Origin: a virus
IMG/VR virus record: IMGVR_UViG_3300043411_001777
Location: 25,968 to 89,967 of that record
Length of the DNA: 64,000 bases
Reading direction: 5' to 3' (one strand)
Positions 1-8,258 of this stretch are shown one piece after another. The position numbers and the translations under genes were made by a program. The first letter of the stretch is position 1. Each line of letters opens with the position of its first letter. The notes beneath the pieces were generated by a model. That model made no database searches. It worked only from the letters and a program-made list of their open reading frames with translations, and was not told where the DNA came from.

Positions 1-129
1 GATCACCGTCGGTTCTTCAACATGGACGAAGCGTACAAGGACTACAATGCCATGTGCGACGTGCTCCAGCCCCTTGACCTCTTCTTCGAAGAGTGCACGG
101 GCTGGTACGCGGCCGTTTACAAGGGCTAA
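1..129 (+). CDS. 3' end of a CDS running in from upstream (partial; ...EECTGWYAAVYKG*)
   Basis: Frame 1 is open from the window edge to TAA at 127-129. It was not in the ORF track because it has no start within the window. Confidence 0.35.
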   Translation, partial: DHRRFFNMDEAYKDYNAMCDVLQPLDLFFEECTGWYAAVYKG

Positions 130-134
130 GGAGC

Positions 135-216
135 TTTATCCTCATTGAGGATAAAAGCCTCCCGATATGCATCGGGTTTATCCCTCATTGAGGATAAAAG
201 CCTCCCGATATGCATC
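135..216. repeat. Two tandem copies of a ~42-bp unit (tttatcctcattgaggataaaagcctcccgatatgcatc), each carrying an 8-bp-arm palindrome tatcctcaTtgaggata. The first copy also has the hairpin cccgat-atgc-atcggg.
   Basis: Read directly from the sequence. Copy 1 is 135-173 and copy 2 is 177-216, with one inserted c. It lies in the convergent gap between the + CDS ending at 129 and the - CDS ending at 178. Confidence 0.8.
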
Positions 217-411
217 AGGGTCCCATTCGCCTCGGTTGTACCCGATGGCCTCCACAACATCAAAGCCAACAGCTTCGGTGCACGGATTGTTGTTTGCGTC
301 ACGCCAGCCCCCAAAACGGGCTTGGGCAATCCGGCCGTCATTCAACTCGTATATTAAGTGGCAATTGTCTCGGACATCCTTGGGGCCAGTTATGATGTAA
401 TTGATATACAT
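178..411 (-). CDS. hypothetical protein (77 aa)
   Basis: ORF with a protein-like composition. Its stop lies inside the tandem repeat, and it abuts the upstream minus gene at 416. Confidence 0.4.
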   Translation of the reverse strand: MYINYIITGPKDVRDNCHLIYELNDGRIAQARFGGWRDANNNPCTEAVGFDVVEAIGYNRGEWDPDAYREAFILNEG

Positions 412-415
412 GGGG

Positions 416-697
416 TTAAGCCTTCACAGAAGGGATGCCATAGCCGTGAGCATCCCGCCAAGCGGCTTGCTCCGGTGACCAAGCTCTGAACCGAGTATAG
501 GTCTCGTATTCCTCTTTTGGAATAGGAAAGACTTCATCCGCCGCAATGCACCCCGTAATCCGGATTGGATATCCGCGATCATCTATCCCGTAGTCATAAG
601 TGACGTACAGGTTGGTGGGCCCACCCGTAGTTACATGAGTAACCACCCCAAATGAGCCTTGACAACCTTTAACCATAAAGGTGTCGCCGACTTTCAT
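416..697 (-). CDS. hypothetical protein (93 aa)
   Basis: ORF in a tightly packed minus-strand operon. Its start overlaps the stop of the gene at 694. Confidence 0.5.
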   Translation of the reverse strand: MKVGDTFMVKGCQGSFGVVTHVTTGGPTNLYVTYDYGIDDRGYPIRITGCIAADEVFPIPKEEYETYTRFRAWSPEQAAWRDAHGYGIPSVKA

Positions 698-1254
698 GGG
701 GTAACCTCTGCCGGAACCGGCTCCATATTGAGGATCACGCTCTTAACAGCAATGGGCTGATCCGAGATATGGATGATCTGGCCCCCTGACGGGTAATGCT
801 GGTGGTATACATCGGACTGGTCAAACCAGAACAGATACTCAGATGAGGACCCATAGGTTCCGTCATCCCCCAACACCTCACTGGTACGAAGGTCCCTTCC
901 TCCAATGTGGATTGGGATTCCCATCATAGAGTAGTCAACATTCCGACCATCGGTAGCCGCAACGGAATTAGGAGTAAGGCGCTTGCTTCCGCTGGTGACC
1001 TTGCCCTTGACCGTCGAGTAAATCAAAACCTGGCCTGAGTAGGCTGAGATCACATACAGGTGTTTGATTGACCCAGGCTTATTGTCTTCTGTTAAGCGCC
1101 TACCGACATTCCGCTGCTCGACGGTGAGCCCGTCCGAGCCGGTCTGAACCTGGACGTCAGCTTTACTGACGCCAGAGGCGGACTTGAGGGTGTCGTTGGG
1201 GGTCTTAGCACCACAAGCGATGAGCAACAGAGAGAACAGGATTGCGTACTTCAT
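694..1254 (-). CDS. putative lipoprotein (186 aa)
   Basis: Internal Met gives MKYAILFSLLLIACGAKTPND, a signal peptide plus lipobox (LIAC). The ORF-track N-terminal extension is probably not translated. Confidence 0.55.
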   Translation of the reverse strand: MKYAILFSLLLIACGAKTPNDTLKSASGVSKADVQVQTGSDGLTVEQRNVGRRLTEDNKPGSIKHLYVISAYSGQVLIYSTVKGKVTSGSKRLTPNSVAATDGRNVDYSMMGIPIHIGGRDLRTSEVLGDDGTYGSSSEYLFWFDQSDVYHQHYPSGGQIIHISDQPIAVKSVILNMEPVPAEVTP

Positions 1255-1273
1255 TTCGGATCCCTTTTTTGGC

Positions 1274-1537
1274 TTACTTATTGCCGCGCATTTGATTGAC
1301 GGGATTGTCCCAGATATCCCCATCCTTTCGGATGGCTAGCTTCTCATATGGGATCTTTTCGGTCCCGATGGAGAAAATCTGCCACCACTTGGGGTCTTCT
1401 TTGCTCTTGACGTCACTGGACAAAATCCAGTGACCGAGCCTCGCCTTTTCGGCCTCAATCCAGGCTACTGTTTGGAGAACGTCGGTTTCCCGGTCGTTTT
1501 TTAGAACGCACTGGACTAACAGGGTGTCTTTCTTCAT
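1274..1537 (-). CDS. hypothetical protein (87 aa)
   Basis: ORF; its start overlaps the stop of the 1537-2007 gene. Confidence 0.45.
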   Translation of the reverse strand: MKKDTLLVQCVLKNDRETDVLQTVAWIEAEKARLGHWILSSDVKSKEDPKWWQIFSIGTEKIPYEKLAIRKDGDIWDNPVNQMRGNK

Positions 1538-2007
1538 TACTTCTCCACAAAACGCTGGGGAGGCAGATCCTCCCCCGACTTGGCGAATTCCCAGTTGAAC
1601 TTTGAGCTGGCCGCATTGTACTCAGCGACCAAGCCGTTATAGCTGGCCTTAATACCGGCCAATTCTGAGGCCCAGACGTTGTACTGCTCGCGATCCGACC
1701 TAGGCCATTGCCCTCGGGGCACACCAGCGTACGAGGCCTCTAAGGCCTGGCATTTCGCCTCCGCGATTGCGACATCGCGTTCCTTCTTTTGGAGGACTTG
1801 GGAGGCGTCCTTGAACCATTCGTACTTCCGCAGTGAAGCTCGGGGTCCGAACTCCTCTTTGGCGACTTGAGCGGCTTCACCACACCACCCAAAGCCGTAC
1901 GAAAGTCCGCCGATAACAGCGGCAATGATTGCACCGAGGATGATCACTCGAAGTGCGATTTGAAGGGGTCCTTTTTCAGCCGCGCGCTCATATGAATCCC
2001 AGCTCAT
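1537..2007 (-). CDS. membrane-anchored protein (156 aa), N-terminal TM helix then charged helical region
   Basis: Hydrophobic stretch LRVIILGAIIAAVIGGLSYGF followed by a Lys/Glu-rich segment. It sits upstream of a lipoprotein gene, so a spanin-like pair is possible but unproven. Confidence 0.5.
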   Translation of the reverse strand: MSWDSYERAAEKGPLQIALRVIILGAIIAAVIGGLSYGFGWCGEAAQVAKEEFGPRASLRKYEWFKDASQVLQKKERDVAIAEAKCQALEASYAGVPRGQWPRSDREQYNVWASELAGIKASYNGLVAEYNAASSKFNWEFAKSGEDLPPQRFVEK

Positions 2008-2008
2008 G

Positions 2009-2290
2009 TTACCACCCTTCTACAGTGTAAGTGTTTAACCCGGCATAAGTTAGGGTACAGCCCGACCCTTTAAGCCATTGCGTTAGGGTTTCGATTTCCT
2101 CAGGGGCAAGCTCACCAAGCTTTACTTCTGCCTGCCCCTCTCCGTTTACAATGGCAATTCGGACGGCCTCACCGATTAGCGTTTTGGCTTGGGCTAGGGG
2201 TGAGAAAAGGTTGGCCCAATCGTATTTCGCTTTTGCGATGATAGCGCTTAGGTCGTGCGGATCCGGGTCAATGCCGAGGATCATAGTCAT
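2009..2290 (-). CDS. hypothetical protein (93 aa)
   Basis: ORF adjacent to its neighbours. Confidence 0.5.
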   Translation of the reverse strand: MTMILGIDPDPHDLSAIIAKAKYDWANLFSPLAQAKTLIGEAVRIAIVNGEGQAEVKLGELAPEEIETLTQWLKGSGCTLTYAGLNTYTVEGW

Positions 2291-2667
2291 AGGTTCACTT
2301 TCCAGGTTACGTGAGCTTCTACCCGGCCTTGCTTGCGGATTTCAGCCAGTTCCGCCTGCATACGGTCCTGGTATTCGTGGTGCGCTTGCTGGATTTCATC
2401 GAATTCCGCTTCATCCTCGGATATGAGGGTCTGGTAACAGTCTTCCAGCGCGGCCTGGAACTCAGCCGGAGGCATGGTGGCCTTGGCTTTTGCTCGGTTC
2501 GCGGGGTTCGTGAGCGTCCGGTTTACGGGAAAGCTGTCGTCACTGTGCCTGCCCGTATGCTCGTCGTACCCTGACGATTCCCAGAACCAGTTGTCACCAC
2601 GTTTGACGAGCTTAAGCGCGGCGCAGTTATCGTCGAAGACTTTACGGACGTTGTAGGTCAGAAACAT
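2287..2667 (-). CDS. hypothetical protein (126 aa)
   Basis: ORF with a 4-nt start/stop overlap with the 2009-2290 gene. Confidence 0.5.
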   Translation of the reverse strand: MFLTYNVRKVFDDNCAALKLVKRGDNWFWESSGYDEHTGRHSDDSFPVNRTLTNPANRAKAKATMPPAEFQAALEDCYQTLISEDEAEFDEIQQAHHEYQDRMQAELAEIRKQGRVEAHVTWKVNL

Positions 2668-2852
2668 TGGTTTACCTCAGACAAATGATAGCCTCAATGT
2701 AGAGCCACTTACCCGGTCACTCGGCACCTCTCTCGTTAACTGAACAGTGTTCAGCGACCTTTTCGTTGGTCGTAGTGTTGACGATAGTGCCATAGGACAA
2801 GCCGTAGACAACGGCTATTAGATGGATCATTTTAGACAGAAGAGTCTTGAGT

Positions 2853-3251
2853 TTACATTTCATGATAGGCTCCAAAGGGAAGTAGGAGAGGCGGATTTGC
2901 CTCTCCTACTTCTAAAGAGGTTTCAGACCCTGTTTTTGTCACTTTGTGACCTGTCAAATTCAGAAGAACGTCATCTTTCCACCCCGCTTGTGTGCGCTGA
3001 ATGACCACAATCCCATAGCCGGGGCAGTAGTTGGGGTTTCCACCGCGGAAAAAGGTATGCCCCCAGAGAATAGAAGCTTTAGCATTTTCCGTTAAGTAAC
3101 GGATCTCGGCAAGCTTCATTCCCAGAGTGGCATTTTCTGCCAACTCACGCGGCAAAAGGTGACTTTCGATTAGCGTGACCTTGTCTTCCGTCCCACCATT
3201 CGGACAAGAGGTAAGCAAATCCACCCGAGCTTGAAGTTCAGTGTAGTTCAA
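2853..3251 (-). CDS. hypothetical protein, paralog of 3248-3541 (132 aa)
   Basis: N-terminus MNYTELQARVDLLTSC...LIESHLLPRELAE aligns with the N-terminus of the 3248-3541 gene. Confidence 0.5.
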   Translation of the reverse strand: MNYTELQARVDLLTSCPNGGTEDKVTLIESHLLPRELAENATLGMKLAEIRYLTENAKASILWGHTFFRGGNPNYCPGYGIVVIQRTQAGWKDDVLLNLTGHKVTKTGSETSLEVGEANPPLLLPFGAYHEM

Positions 3252-3541
3252 TTGGAATCTCCCAAAGTGGAAATGAAGGTCAGGAAATTGATTGGCTTTC
3301 TGGGCGTGACGGTAATTGGCTCTTTCCAGCCAAATAGGATACTGCTCCGATCTGGGCCGCGAGACCTAAGATAGGTGGTTGTAAAAACACACTGGGAGCA
3401 CTCATCTAGAACGGACACTTCGGCAATCTTAGCCCCATCAGGAGCCCTTTCCGCCTCATCCTCAGGTAAAAGGTGGCTTTCAATTAGCGTGCACGCAGTG
3501 CTCACGCTCTCTACTCTAGACTTTAGAAGGTCGTAGTTCAT
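3248..3541 (-). CDS. hypothetical protein, tandem paralog of 2853-3251 (97 aa; C-terminal half diverged or possibly decayed)
   Basis: MNYDLLKSRVESVSTACTLIESHLLPEDEAE matches its neighbour, but the C-terminal half is unrelated. Confidence 0.45.
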   Translation of the reverse strand: MNYDLLKSRVESVSTACTLIESHLLPEDEAERAPDGAKIAEVSVLDECSQCVFTTTYLRSRGPDRSSILFGWKEPITVTPRKPINFLTFISTLGDSN

Positions 3542-3921
3542 CCTGATTTCGCCTCGTCAAACAGACGCTGAATCTCCAGCGTACTCATTGTATTGAGCTG
3601 ACCCACAACCTTGGAAAGTAAGGCCCTTACGAAGGCATGGTTGACACAGTCATCGTAGTCAACCTTAAAGTCGAATCCGTACGGGCCTTTTACCCTAATG
3701 ACCTTGTCCGTATCCTTAAAAGGGACAACAGTGAAACTGCCCTCCGGCTCAGAAAGTGCGGACAACTCCCTCAACCGCTCGCTACGGATCGAATCTAGCT
3801 CGTCCGTGATGTGGTCAAGACAGTGCTTGGACAACCTTTCCACATGGCGAATTGTTGCCAACGCACATTCAACCTCATACAGCAGCTCATCCTCGTCTTC
3901 GCCGATTACATACTTCATCAC
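3538..3921 (-). CDS. hypothetical protein (127 aa)
   Basis: ORF with ATGA-type overlap. Confidence 0.5.
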   Translation of the reverse strand: MMKYVIGEDEDELLYEVECALATIRHVERLSKHCLDHITDELDSIRSERLRELSALSEPEGSFTVVPFKDTDKVIRVKGPYGFDFKVDYDDCVNHAFVRALLSKVVGQLNTMSTLEIQRLFDEAKSG

Positions 3922-4109
3922 TTGCGAGCCTCCATTGGAGTAACTTGTAGGTAGGCATCAGTGCGGCCCCATGCATCGATCTGCACACCCGTTCCGTCTG
4001 TGAACCGAAGGATTAGCTTTTCCCAGTCGAAATACTCGACCGAGTACAGAGTCTTCCCCATGAGGGGACGTAACTCTACGGTGTCGATAATCGGCCGCAT
4101 ACCGTCCAC
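3918..4109 (-). CDS. hypothetical protein (63 aa)
   Basis: Small ORF filling the gap; it overlaps at both ends. Confidence 0.4.
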   Translation of the reverse strand: MDGMRPIIDTVELRPLMGKTLYSVEYFDWEKLILRFTDGTGVQIDAWGRTDAYLQVTPMEARK

Positions 4110-4111
4110 GG

Positions 4112-4486
4112 TTATCCCCCAATCAGCTCAATCTCGTAAACCTCAAAGAAGAACGACCGGTCTTCCTCAGGAATCGTCTGGAACTGCTCCAGCTTCATCT
4201 CCTTGAAGATTTGTGGCAGATCACCCAACTCTTCCGCAGAGGCGAACACAGCGTGCTTAGTAAAGCTTAGCTCGCTCAGATCGTAGCCGTAGCGGCTCCA
4301 CTCATCTGAGTCAAACTCCTTGCACTTTGCAAGGTTGCGTCGATCACAATCCGATTGTGCAGTCACTAAATCCGAGAACCCGGCAATGGGGATACCGCAG
4401 CCATTACCGTCCCCACTGGGATAGTAGGTCTCGTCGTTATACTCGAAATCCTTTTCCAGCACCACGTACGCCGTCTTAGTCGACAT
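4112..4486 (-). CDS. hypothetical acidic protein (124 aa)
   Basis: ORF. Confidence 0.5.
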   Translation of the reverse strand: MSTKTAYVVLEKDFEYNDETYYPSGDGNGCGIPIAGFSDLVTAQSDCDRRNLAKCKEFDSDEWSRYGYDLSELSFTKHAVFASAEELGDLPQIFKEMKLEQFQTIPEEDRSFFFEVYEIELIGG

Positions 4487-4844
4487 CTACAGCCCTTCCT
4501 AGGTCAATTACCAGTTTCTTGGGGACAACCTTGCCACCCATCCAATTCTCCATGGGGAGGTTCCGGAAGCACTCTTCCAGAGTAGGGATGCACCCCATAT
4601 CCTCCAACACATGCTGCTCACCAATATCTCGGACGGAAACCATTTTGCCGTCCGAATTCGTAAGGTACACCCCGAATTGCTGCTCTAGCAGAAAGATCCC
4701 GAAGGCATTATGCAGCAATGCGCGATGGCGCATATCGGGCACATGCGCCTTTGTCTGATCAAACCAGTTGTGGATTGGAAGATAGTCTTCCAGAGAGCCC
4801 CCGTATTTGTGAACAGAGGCTCGCGCGTGTTGTAGGGGCTTCAC
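4476..4844 (-). CDS. hypothetical protein (122 aa)
   Basis: ORF. Confidence 0.5.
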   Translation of the reverse strand: MKPLQHARASVHKYGGSLEDYLPIHNWFDQTKAHVPDMRHRALLHNAFGIFLLEQQFGVYLTNSDGKMVSVRDIGEQHVLEDMGCIPTLEECFRNLPMENWMGGKVVPKKLVIDLGRAVDVD

Positions 4845-5113
4845 GGCCTATCCTTGATCCTACCAATTTCGCCATAGGGCAGATACGCAAAGCGTGCTAT
4901 CTTTGCGCGGCTTCGCCAATGCTGTGAATTGCACTTAGGACACAGGTTATCGGGTTCTGCCAATTTATTGGCGAGCACATCCCGAGCGCCAGTCAGCCCC
5001 AACTTTGTCGCGAACTCGATTAGGAGCTGCAATTGATCCGCAGTCGAGTATTGAACCGGTTTCCGCTCCCCCAAAAGATTGAGAAGGGCGTTAGCCTGAG
5101 GATCGAAATTCAT
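4841..5113 (-). CDS. hypothetical protein (90 aa) with CPKC motif
   Basis: ORF. Confidence 0.45.
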   Translation of the reverse strand: MNFDPQANALLNLLGERKPVQYSTADQLQLLIEFATKLGLTGARDVLANKLAEPDNLCPKCNSQHWRSRAKIARFAYLPYGEIGRIKDRP

Positions 5114-5430
5114 GCGGGCTCCCCAAAGACATTGGCCCGCAACCGGTCCGCCTTCATAACCGCTGGGGCTCGGTCACCTGTTGATGCGAGCTGGGCTTGC
5201 ACCCGCCCAATCCAATAGGTTCTACCCTCATTCAGGGCGTTAACCCTGAATGTTTCGCGTAGCAGCTCCAAACTCCGTGGATTACAAGCTTCAGGAATAC
5301 GGGCCTGCCTATTCTCTTCGGCCTGTTCCGCCTTAAATCGTGCGGATTCCTCAGGAGTCATTGGGAATGGGCAGCCACGCCAATCAAGGTCGCGGTCATG
5401 CATCCCCCGGGCTTTCTTCTTAGACTTCAT
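5110..5430 (-). CDS. hypothetical protein (106 aa)
   Basis: ORF. Confidence 0.45.
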   Translation of the reverse strand: MKSKKKARGMHDRDLDWRGCPFPMTPEESARFKAEQAEENRQARIPEACNPRSLELLRETFRVNALNEGRTYWIGRVQAQLASTGDRAPAVMKADRLRANVFGEPA

Positions 5431-5819
5431 GCTCGTCCTTGTCGAATCCGCTTAAGGAAAACCAACTCTCTTTCGCGACCTAGCTTTTTCTTTGCTTCAA
5501 CAGGAAGCAGCCTAGCTCGTTCTAGGGTGGTCATGGCTTGAATCTCAACTTCACGGAGCCGGGGGCCGGCAGCGTCCATTTCCAGATCGTACTTGAACAT
5601 TGTGATTGCCGAGAGACGGTCCTTACTCCTGGAGTAAGTGAAGGCTTTGCCTTCCCACTCAAAGTGAATAGAACCAGCACTTCGGCACCAGTAATAGCCG
5701 TTTTTTCCGATGATGGGGCAGTCCATTGGACTGAGCCTCATGTACTCATCGTCAGGAAGACTCTCCTCTGCCCACTCTTGGGCGTACCAAGGTACGTCGA
5801 GTCTCTTATAATAGCTCAT
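5427..5819 (-). CDS. hypothetical protein (130 aa)
   Basis: ORF. Confidence 0.5.
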   Translation of the reverse strand: MSYYKRLDVPWYAQEWAEESLPDDEYMRLSPMDCPIIGKNGYYWCRSAGSIHFEWEGKAFTYSRSKDRLSAITMFKYDLEMDAAGPRLREVEIQAMTTLERARLLPVEAKKKLGRERELVFLKRIRQGRA

Positions 5820-5857
5820 ACAGGCAGCGTCTCCACTACTAAGCCGTTGAGCAGGCT

Positions 5858-6202
5858 TTACTCAAGTTCCTGAGCCAGGCGTGACAGTGCCAAGCTCAAA
5901 TCCGCCAGCCCATTGTTGAACTGACAGACAAGTTCCGTGTCACCAGTGACACACTGGAGTGTGTTCCGCACTCCACACAACGCTAGGCGTGCATCATTGA
6001 TGCGCATCAGTGCCTTCTTGGCCTCAGTCTGAGTTGTAGCCAGATTCAGGTCCACAGTAGCTGATCTCAGATCACCCAGCCCATTGCTGAATTTAACAAC
6101 AAGGTCCGTGCTACCAACGGTAATCCCGAGTGTGTTTCGCACCTCACACAAAGCCTGATGTGCGCACAGGGCTTTCTTTGCTTCATTCTGAGTCGAGTCC
6201 AT
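5858..6202 (-). CDS. hypothetical protein with two internal ~50-aa tandem repeats (114 aa)
   Basis: TQNEAKKALCAHQALCEVRNTLGITVGSTDLVVKFSNGLGDL repeats as TQTEAKKALMRINDARLALCGVRNTLQCVTGDTELVCQFNNGLADL. Confidence 0.5.
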   Translation of the reverse strand: MDSTQNEAKKALCAHQALCEVRNTLGITVGSTDLVVKFSNGLGDLRSATVDLNLATTQTEAKKALMRINDARLALCGVRNTLQCVTGDTELVCQFNNGLADLSLALSRLAQELE

Positions 6203-6259
6203 AGCACCCTCCTTGGTTCGAAGGGACTACCCTAACCCCAATCCAGGTTAGCCAGAAAA

Positions 6260-6964
6260 CTAAGCTGGTTCGCCTTTTGCACAGGAAATGGCCTTTTCGA
6301 CCTTGGTGAGGACGATATCGATCAATCGATCGGCAATTTGCAGTCTCTCTGTAATTGCGTTACAGATCATTGCATCGCAAAACAGCATGCTCGTCGCACC
6401 AGTCGGTGCAGACGGATTAGTTGCGCATAGCAGCATTCTTGCTGTGGACCTGTTTAGGGGATAGGTAAAGTGTGGCTCTAAACCTTGGACGGATTTGTGA
6501 ATTCGCCCCCATTCTTGTTCCGGCACGTATTGACTCTGCGCCGCCTGGTCACAAAGTGTGATCACTTCTGTGAATACCTCGATTAAGAGGTGCGGAACCT
6601 GAGGTTGTACAGCACGAAGAATTGCTGCCCGAATAGCGAATTCCAACTCCCGCCATTCTTGGCTAGTTAATAGTTGCCAATCAGCAGCCAGCTTACGATA
6701 GCGCCGTACCACCTCGGGCCAATACTCTAAGCTTCCAGAGTCGTTAAGGTAAACGGTTAAACTCGCAAACCAATTCGGCATTACCTCCGTTGGGCAGGAA
6801 ATTGTGGATTGCCCGCCCCCCGCCTCAGGCGACAATGCTGTAAGAAGGCAGGCGGTATCTCCATCCCGGCCCCAATGCCCACGAACAAGCATTTTCGTTT
6901 GGATGAACTTGTCAAGCCGGGCTAAACGTTCAGGGAACTTCACTTCGACCCTCCCAGGTGTCAC
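6260..6964 (-). CDS. hypothetical protein, member 1 of a 3-copy family with conserved ACLLxAL-PE-G...CP(A/T)EVMP-W motifs (234 aa)
   Basis: Clear paralogy to the 7599-8258 and 52599-53609 genes (ERxxRLDxFI...ACLL(T/A)AL(S/A)PE...CPxEVMPxW...WPxV(I/V)RRY). Confidence 0.6.
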   Translation of the reverse strand: MTPGRVEVKFPERLARLDKFIQTKMLVRGHWGRDGDTACLLTALSPEAGGGQSTISCPTEVMPNWFASLTVYLNDSGSLEYWPEVVRRYRKLAADWQLLTSQEWRELEFAIRAAILRAVQPQVPHLLIEVFTEVITLCDQAAQSQYVPEQEWGRIHKSVQGLEPHFTYPLNRSTARMLLCATNPSAPTGATSMLFCDAMICNAITERLQIADRLIDIVLTKVEKAISCAKGEPA

Positions 6965-7126
6965 AGACTTGACGGCCGGCGCTGTGAATCCCGAGTTTAA
7001 GCGAGACGCAATAGCGCTGTCGGTAACAGTTACTCCCGTAAGTCACATCGCGGCCAGTTGCATAGGATGCAAACTTGCAGCTATCACACGCCGAGGGTTC
7101 CGGCTTTGTATGCCAATCCATGTAAT

Positions 7127-7645
7127 TCATTCGTCCTTCCAAAAGATGACGTCGCAGTCCCTACACCGACCCGAGCCAACAGCCCCTACTCGGCATGAAC
7201 ACGAAGACGTTTTCCCGTGCTCAATACAGCACTTCTCACACCAATTACCCCACCATTGGATATCCCAGCTAATCTCATCCCTACACCGATAGCAGTAACG
7301 TGGGCCTCGGGTCCTAACCCACTCAGCATAGCGGGCTTTGGCCTCTGAGGGCAATTGGATGTCCTCAGGCACAGGTAGGGTGCCCTTCTTGAGCCAGGCC
7401 CAATAGCAGGGTTCCTCAGGAGGAACCCTGAGGCCGAAACCACCCCCACTCATAGACCATCGGAGGGTGTTGAGGTTGTTTCCCCACGGGTATGCAGTTC
7501 CGATGTAAATTCCGTCGACTTCCATTACGACGGCAATCCGTGAGTCATAACCCACGGTTTCAACATCGGGGATAGGGCCGAACTGCCATTCAAGGTTGCT
7601 AGGAAGCATAGATTGCTTTTTCGAGGGTTGTGAGAATTGCATCAA
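7127..7645 (-). CDS. Cys-rich hypothetical protein (about 160-172 aa; start uncertain)
   Basis: ORF with a C-terminus rich in CxxC motifs. The listed start overlaps the gene at 7599, so an internal Met is possible. Confidence 0.4.
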   Translation of the reverse strand: MMQFSQPSKKQSMLPSNLEWQFGPIPDVETVGYDSRIAVVMEVDGIYIGTAYPWGNNLNTLRWSMSGGGFGLRVPPEEPCYWAWLKKGTLPVPEDIQLPSEAKARYAEWVRTRGPRYCYRCRDEISWDIQWWGNWCEKCCIEHGKTSSCSCRVGAVGSGRCRDCDVIFWKDE

Positions 7646-8258
7646 TCAAGCCGTCTGCCTCACCATTAAAACACCACAACTCTGCTTTGGAGGCGGCACT
7701 ACACACGGTCCCTGAATCTCCTACCAGGATGCAGTCCCGGTAAACTCTGTCATAGCCGGCTATTCTGCCCGACTCTGAGTTAAAATCCCAGCCGCGACCG
7801 AAGGTAAGATCCATTACCTCTGGCCCCGAACTCGCCAATTCAAACACCGCAATGGCCTCTAAAACACGGCTGCGAAGAGGTTCCTTCATTCCTGGAGAAT
7901 TGGCAATCTCACGAAGAATGGTGCTGCGGACCTTATATTCGAGCCGCTGCCAATCCTCAGCAGTCAGCTTTTCCCAGCGTCGGGCTAATGATGCATAACG
8001 TCGGATGACGGTGGGCCACTGGTTCTCTCCGCCTGCGTCGTCAATCCAAGGTGTGAGGTATGCTAGCCATAGCGGCATCACTTCGGCAGGGCATTTAGTA
8101 GCCTCCCCATCCTCTCCAAGGCCAACCTCTGGTGCGAGGGCTGCCAGAAGACAGGCAAGTTCTCGCCCCTTGCTATCCGTATAGCCCCAATCCTTGCGGA
8201 TAAGCCTGTTTTCGGCAATGAAAAGGTCGAGACGATCGCAGCGTTCAGTGTGATTCAT
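7599..8258 (-). CDS. hypothetical protein, member 2 of the CPxEVMP family (219 aa)
   Basis: Paralog of the 6260-6964 and 52599-53609 genes. Confidence 0.6.
   Translation of the reverse strand: MNHTERCDRLDLFIAENRLIRKDWGYTDSKGRELACLLAALAPEVGLGEDGEATKCPAEVMPLWLAYLTPWIDDAGGENQWPTVIRRYASLARRWEKLTAEDWQRLEYKVRSTILREIANSPGMKEPLRSRVLEAIAVFELASSGPEVMDLTFGRGWDFNSESGRIAGYDRVYRDCILVGDSGTVCSAASKAELWCFNGEADGLIDAILTTLEKAIYAS

Noticed and set aside
126-400. Four overlapping short ORFs (126-341 minus, 145-357 plus, 167-400 plus, 210-395 plus) across the tandem-repeat region
   Set aside because: They overlap one another and the better-supported 178-411 minus gene, and their translations are low-complexity. 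The repeat is more plausibly non-coding or the 3' end of one gene.
1254-2007. Calling the lipoprotein 694-1254 plus the TM protein 1537-2007 an o-spanin/i-spanin lysis pair
   Set aside because: The lipoprotein is large (186 aa) for an o-spanin, the genes are not adjacent or embedded, and no endolysin or holin is nearby.
1455-2656. Arg/Ser/Pro-rich ORFs on both strands (1455-1724, 1679-1870, 1740-1934, 2151-2426, 2311-2574, 2474-2656)
   Set aside because: Alternative frames or the antisense strand of the better genes 1537-2007, 2009-2290 and 2287-2667. Their composition is typical of GC-rich off-frame translation.
6804-7449. Plus-strand ORF 6804-7292 and minus ORF 7186-7449
   Set aside because: Antisense to, or out of frame with, the 6260-6964 and 7127-7645 genes. 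Their Pro/Arg/Ser-rich translations look spurious.
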